In this document: one piece after another, positions 59,662 through 64,000 of the stretch
Numbering within the stretch: position 1 is the first letter of the stretch
Layout: every line of letters starts with the position of its first letter
From: an uncultured Chloroflexia bacterium
GTDB lineage: Bacteria; Chloroflexota; Limnocylindria; Limnocylindrales; CSP1-4
DNA: 64,000 bases
NCBI GenBank assembly: GCA_963713975.1
Contig: OY970218.1
Coordinates: 704,001 to 768,000 of the forward strand
Direction of reading: 5' to 3'
The notes under the pieces: model-generated
Told to the model about the DNA's origin: nothing
The model's database searches: none
The model's input: only the letters and a program-made list of their open reading frames with translations
Position numbers and translations under genes: made by a program

Positions 59662-60167
59662 CGCCCCGCCTCCGACGCAGCCGCCCCGGTGGCCGCGGCC
59701 GCCCCGGCCGCCGCAGCAGCCTCGATCGCCTCTACGATCGGCCCGTACCCGGTACAGCGGCACACGTTCCCCGATAGCGCGTCCACGATCTCGTCGCGGC
59801 TCGGAGCCGGGTTGTGGTCCAGCAGCGCCTTTGCAACCATCTCCATGCCCGGCGTGCAGTAGCCGCATTGGAAGCCGTTCGCGTCGAGGAAGGCTCGCTG
59901 CACGGGGTGCAGGCCCTCGGCCGGGGTGAGCCCCTCGAGCGTCGTGACCCGGCGGCCCGCGACGTCCTCGACGGGGAGCAGGCACGACACCATGGGCTCG
60001 CCGTCCACGAGGACGGTGCAGCTGCCACAGCCTCCCTGTCGGCAGCCCTCCTTGACCGAAGCGTGGCCCAACTGGGACCGGAGCACGGCCTGGAGCGTGG
60101 TCAGCGGCGCGACCATCACCTCCACGTCCTGCCCGGAGAGCTCGAAGCCGACGATGACCGAGGCCAC
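59658..60167 (-). CDS. 2Fe-2S subunit (CoxS/XdhC type)
   Basis: GCRQGGCGSC...SC, QCGYC and CRCTGY. Confidence 0.93.
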   Translation of the reverse strand: MASVIVGFELSGQDVEVMVAPLTTLQAVLRSQLGHASVKEGCRQGGCGSCTVLVDGEPMVSCLLPVEDVAGRRVTTLEGLTPAEGLHPVQRAFLDANGFQCGYCTPGMEMVAKALLDHNPAPSRDEIVDALSGNVCRCTGYGPIVEAIEAAAAAGAAAATGAAASEAGR

Positions 60168-60168
60168 G

Positions 60169-61017
60169 CTACCCCTCCCTTTCCGACATGGGAGCCAGCT
60201 CCGAGAGCGCTCGACGGACGAACACGCCGACCATCCTCCGCCGATACCAGTCGCTAGCGACCGCGTCCGTGATCGGGTCGCAGTCCTCCATCGCCGCCGC
60301 GGCGGCCGCCTCGATCGTGGCCTCGTCCAGGCGCACGCCGGTGATCCTGGCCTCGGAGCGCGCCATCCGCAGGGGGTGCGGCCCGGCGGCGCCGAGGGCG
60401 ATCCGTGCGCTCGTCACCGTCTCGCCGTCCAACACCGCGTGCACCGCGACCGTCACGACCGCGGGGGTGTTCGCCGCCTTGCGCCCGAACTTGACGAACG
60501 CCGTGCTGCCCGCCTCGACGGGGACGACGATCGAGGTCACCAGCTCGTCGCCCGCAAGGGCGGTCGTCATGAAGCCGGTCCACAGGTCGGCAAGCGGCAG
60601 GATCCTCTGCCCGGCCGGGCCGGTGACCATCACTCGGGCATCCAGCGCCAGCAGCGCCGTGGCGACATCCCCACCGGGCGGCGGCGTGAACAGGTTGCCG
60701 CCCACGGTGCCCATGTTGCGGATCGACCAGCTCGCGGTCCGGCTTGCGGCCAGGCGCAGCAGCGGGATCGCGTCCTGGCCCAGCAGCTGGGTCAGGGTCA
60801 CCGTCGCCCCGATCCGGAGCTCGTCGCCCACGCGCTCAACGCGGTCGAGACCGGTCCGCCGGAGGCCCATGACCCGTCGCGGCAGCGAGATGCCCTCGTT
60901 GACGAGCGGCATCGCAACCGTGCCGCCAGCCATGACCAGGAGCTCCGGGCCATGCTCCGCGAGCAGCCCCAAGGCCTCCGGCACCGAGGCGGGCAGGTAG
61001 TAGTTCGAGACCGTCAC
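60169..61017 (-). CDS. FAD-binding subunit (CoxM/XdhB type)
   Basis: MAGGT, IRNMGTVGGN and D...SDWYRR. Confidence 0.9.
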   Translation of the reverse strand: MTVSNYYLPASVPEALGLLAEHGPELLVMAGGTVAMPLVNEGISLPRRVMGLRRTGLDRVERVGDELRIGATVTLTQLLGQDAIPLLRLAASRTASWSIRNMGTVGGNLFTPPPGGDVATALLALDARVMVTGPAGQRILPLADLWTGFMTTALAGDELVTSIVVPVEAGSTAFVKFGRKAANTPAVVTVAVHAVLDGETVTSARIALGAAGPHPLRMARSEARITGVRLDEATIEAAAAAAMEDCDPITDAVASDWYRRRMVGVFVRRALSELAPMSEREG

Positions 61018-61463
61018 TCGGAGCCCTCCGTGGCGAGACGAGAATCCAGGGCGCGCAACCCCTGGGCAATCAGCGATCCGGCGAACCGCTCCGCGAAGCG
61101 CGAGTCGAGCCGGGCGAGGGGTCCGTCGATGATTGCGGAGCCCTGATAGTCCAGGTTTGTCCCGGCACCGGCGGCCCGCAGGACGAAGTCGGCACGGCCC
61201 GTGATCGTCCCCATCGACCCCTCGAGAGTGCCGTCCAGTCCGGCGCGCTCGGGCTCGACCACGTCCACCAGGGTGACGTGAGTCCGGTAGCTGCCGACAA
61301 CGCCCGGCAGGCGGAGCGTGATCCGCCCGTCGTACCGGTCCGGGGCGACCTGCTCCACGATCTCGCAGCCCGGGATGACCGCCATCAGGATGCGCGGGTC
61401 GCGGATGGCGGCGAAGACCGCCTCCCGGGGGGCATCGAACCGGTGGGAGCCGTGGATGTTCAC
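61014..61463 (-). CDS. CoxG/SRPBCC-family protein
   Basis: DPRIL...IPGC...G.LA..DSR pattern, with GTGA overlaps on both sides. Confidence 0.82.
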   Translation of the reverse strand: MNIHGSHRFDAPREAVFAAIRDPRILMAVIPGCEIVEQVAPDRYDGRITLRLPGVVGSYRTHVTLVDVVEPERAGLDGTLEGSMGTITGRADFVLRAAGAGTNLDYQGSAIIDGPLARLDSRFAERFAGSLIAQGLRALDSRLATEGSE

Positions 61464-62263
61464 GCCTTTGGCCTCGCCGAGCCCGTCGCCCGCACGAGGG
61501 CCTCCTCGATGTGGTCCAGGTGGGCGCCCATCGCGAGGGCCGCGGCGTCCGGGTCGGCGGCGCGGAGCGCGGCCACGATGGCGACGTGATCCTGGAGCGC
61601 CCGCTCGCGGGTGGCCCGGGTGGCACCGGTGAGCTCGCGGCTCACCCTCGCGAGCGTGTTGATGATGCGCATGAACTGGGCCAGCAGGAAGTTCCCCGCG
61701 GCCTCGCACACGGCGTCGTGGAAGTCGATGTCGAGGCTGCTGAACCGGTCCGCATCCCCGACGGCGGTCCGAAGGCCCGCGAGAAGGCCGTCGAGGCGGG
61801 CGACCTGCGCCGGCGTGATCCGCTCGGCGGCCAGCCGCACGTTGCCGATCTCCACGACACGCCGGGTCTCGATCACCTGGGCGAGCGCGACCGGGTCCTT
61901 GGAGAACACGAAGTCCAGGTGGGAGACCAACTGCTGAGGCTCCAGGGCCGTGATGTAGGTGCCGGCGCCCTGGCGGATCTCGACCACGTTCATGATCGAC
62001 AGCGCGCGGAGAGCCTCCCGGAGCACGGGGCGGCTGACGTGCATCGCAGCGGCCAGCTCACGCTCGGCGGGGAGCTTGTCGCCGGGCCGCAGGCTCTCCG
62101 CCCGGATCAGGTCCAGCAGGCGGGCCGCGATCTCGTCCGGGAGGGTGCTCCGGTTCATCACGGCGAACTGGGGCCACGCCGGGCCCGCGCCACCCGCGGA
62201 TGCCGCGGCCGTGGCCAGCCCCTGCGTCGCCACCGCCGCGCTCGCGTCCAGTGTTGCTGCCAT
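61460..62263 (-). CDS. GntR/FadR-family transcriptional regulator
   Basis: PGDKLPAERELA...VSRPVLREAL...GAGTY and FCD domain DIDFH...N...H...H. Confidence 0.92.
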   Translation of the reverse strand: MAATLDASAAVATQGLATAAASAGGAGPAWPQFAVMNRSTLPDEIAARLLDLIRAESLRPGDKLPAERELAAAMHVSRPVLREALRALSIMNVVEIRQGAGTYITALEPQQLVSHLDFVFSKDPVALAQVIETRRVVEIGNVRLAAERITPAQVARLDGLLAGLRTAVGDADRFSSLDIDFHDAVCEAAGNFLLAQFMRIINTLARVSRELTGATRATRERALQDHVAIVAALRAADPDAAALAMGAHLDHIEEALVRATGSARPKA

Positions 62264-62297
62264 TGACGGGATGCTAGGGCGATCTGATAAAGTCGTC

Positions 62298-62314
62298 AAC
62301 TGGTCAGGCCAATT
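62298..62314. promoter_or_regulatory. FadR/PdhR/LldR-type operator
   Basis: AACTGGTCAGGCCAATT, an imperfect palindrome matching the AAyTGGTCnGACCArTT family pattern, located in the gap between the divergent GntR and ABM operons. Confidence 0.72.
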
Positions 62315-62342
62315 ACAACCCCATGGACCGGAGGCCCAGGCA

Positions 62343-62630
62343 GTGATCGAGCGCCACATCACCTTCAGCGTCCACCCGGACAAGACCGCCGAGTTCGAGC
62401 GCTTCTTCTCCGACGAGTACCGCCCGCCGGTCCTGGACATGCCCGGGCTCATCGAGTGCGTCCTCCTGCGCGAGGCGGAGCACGCGGATCGCTACCAGAT
62501 GGTCTTCCGCTGGGAGGCTGCGGAGAACGCGGTCGCGTGGCGCGTGAGCGAGGTGCACCAGGCCCTCCAGCCAGCCCTGAACGCCCTCCACGCCGGCATG
62601 GAGATCACCGCCTACAGCAAGGTCGCCTGA
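62343..62630 (+). CDS. Antibiotic biosynthesis monooxygenase (ABM)-like small protein
   Basis: PGLIECVLL...YQMVFRWE...W..SEVH pattern. SD GGAGG before GTG. Confidence 0.75.
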   Translation: MIERHITFSVHPDKTAEFERFFSDEYRPPVLDMPGLIECVLLREAEHADRYQMVFRWEAAENAVAWRVSEVHQALQPALNALHAGMEITAYSKVA

Positions 62631-62667
62631 GCAGCGACCGAGCCCGATCCGGGCAAGGAGGCACGTC

Positions 62668-63660
62668 ATGGCGGACGAGAAGTTCCTCGTCACCGGTGGG
62701 ACGGGCTGCATCGGCTCGTGGGTCGTCCGTGGCCTCGTCCGCCAGGGCGCTCCCGTCACCGTGATCACGACCGGCCGGCGCCGGGACCGCCTGGCGCTGG
62801 TCCTCACGGAGGCCGAGCTGGCCCACGTGGAGGTCGTGGAGGCGGACGTCAACGACCTCGAGATGATCGAGGCCGCCGCCCGGCGCACCGGGGTCACGAC
62901 GATCGTCCACCTCGCCGCCCTCCAGCTCCCGCTCTGCGCGGCTGATCCCGTCGGCGGCGCGCGCGTGAACGTCCAGGGGACTGCATCTGCCTTCGAGCTC
63001 GCGCGCCTGCTCGGGATCGGGCGAGTCGTGTACGCGAGCAGCGCGGCGGTGTACGGGCCGAAGGACCACTACGCAGACGAGGCGGTGGGCCCCGACGCCG
63101 AGCTCTTCCCGACCTCGCACTACGGCGTGTTCAAGGTCGCCAACGAGTCGGCCGCGCGGGTCTACTGGCAGACGGGCGGCATCGCGAGCATCGGGCTGCG
63201 CCCGCACTCCGCGTACGGCCCCGGCCGGGACCAGGGCGTCACCTCGAAGCCGACCGTGGCGATGATCGCCGCCGCCGCCGGGCGCCCCTACCACGTGGAC
63301 TTCGGCGGGAGCTACCAGTTCCAGTTCGTGGAGGACGTCGCGGCCGCGTTCATCGCCGCCGCCCGCGCCGAACGGCCCGGAGCGGACGTGTTCAGCATCG
63401 GCGGTCCGCGGATCGGCGTGGACCAGATCGTCCGGGAGATCGCGGACCAGGAGCCGTCCACGCGGGGCCGGATCACCTTCGGCGACCGCATCCTCCCCTT
63501 CCCCGCCGCGTTCGACGGGGAGCCCCTCGAGGCCGCGCTGGGGGCGCAGCCGGTCACGTCCCTTGCCGATGGCGTCCGCCGGACCATCGAGACCTACCGT
63601 GCCGCGCTCCGCGACGGCCGGCTGGGCGACGCGTTTCTCGACCGCGTCCTGGCAGGCTGA
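62668..63660 (+). CDS. NAD-dependent epimerase/dehydratase (extended SDR)
   Basis: TGGTGCIG, HLAA, ASSAAVYG and YGVFK. Confidence 0.9.
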   Translation: MADEKFLVTGGTGCIGSWVVRGLVRQGAPVTVITTGRRRDRLALVLTEAELAHVEVVEADVNDLEMIEAAARRTGVTTIVHLAALQLPLCAADPVGGARVNVQGTASAFELARLLGIGRVVYASSAAVYGPKDHYADEAVGPDAELFPTSHYGVFKVANESAARVYWQTGGIASIGLRPHSAYGPGRDQGVTSKPTVAMIAAAAGRPYHVDFGGSYQFQFVEDVAAAFIAAARAERPGADVFSIGGPRIGVDQIVREIADQEPSTRGRITFGDRILPFPAAFDGEPLEAALGAQPVTSLADGVRRTIETYRAALRDGRLGDAFLDRVLAG

Positions 63661-63662
63661 TA

Positions 63663-64000
63663 ATGGACGCCGATGGCCTCGCCGGACGCCTCGCGCACTT
63701 CCGGGTCGTGCCGGTCGTCAGCATCCAGGCGGCCGCGGACGCGCCGGGCCTCGCGGGCGCCCTCGCTGCCGGCGGGCTACCGGTCGCCGAGATCACCTTC
63801 CGCACCGACGCGGCGGCCGAGGCCATCGCCGCCATCCGCTCGGCCCACCCGGAGGTGCTCGTCGGGGCCGGGACGGTGCTCGACGTGGGCACCGTGGACC
63901 GGGCCCTGGACGCGGGTGCGGAGTTCATCGTGGCGCCCGGGTTCAACCCCAGGGTGGTCGACCACTGCATCACGCGCGGCGTGGCGGTGATCCCGGGCGT
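63663..64000 (+). CDS. eda: KDPG/KHG aldolase (partial, runs off the window)
   Basis: Not in the ORF track. My translation gives VVPVV...GGLPVAEITFRT...VGAGTVL...GAEFIVAPG...IPG. Confidence 0.9.
   Translation, partial: MDADGLAGRLAHFRVVPVVSIQAAADAPGLAGALAAGGLPVAEITFRTDAAAEAIAAIRSAHPEVLVGAGTVLDVGTVDRALDAGAEFIVAPGFNPRVVDHCITRGVAVIPG

Overview
High-GC (visually ~70%+) bacterial chromosome segment. Gene content and style suggest Chloroflexota or a similar actinobacteria-like lineage (inference only). It is densely coding, with about 55 genes, and I found no rRNA, tRNA, CRISPR array, transposase or integrase. Most long ORFs in the track are GC-rich shadow frames, and many real starts lie downstream of the track starts. 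The window has three independent molybdoenzyme loci. (1) A Tat-exported, Asp-ligated type II DMSO-reductase-family enzyme with NrfC/NrfD-like partners, a tiny coupled Tat/zinc-knuckle protein and an adjacent ArnR/SufR-like regulator-DUF59-NnrS-like-DUF2249 module (2.3-9.7 kb). (2) A Mop-like aldehyde oxidoreductase co-oriented with TusE/DsrC, a cysteine desulfurase, a CapA lipoprotein and a MOSC protein, facing a TauE exporter (39.5-46.9 kb). (3) A split-subunit xanthine-dehydrogenase-family enzyme embedded in a FadR-controlled kdgK/eda sugar-acid catabolic locus (55.8-64 kb). Also present: a single-chain EtfB-EtfA with bifurcating-type motifs plus an ETF-QO with a FixX-like tail, a large repeat adhesin with near-identical internal duplications, an S41 protease lacking the usual catalytic Lys, a ~155-bp dispersed non-coding repeat in two convergent intergenic gaps, and many apparently leaderless genes.
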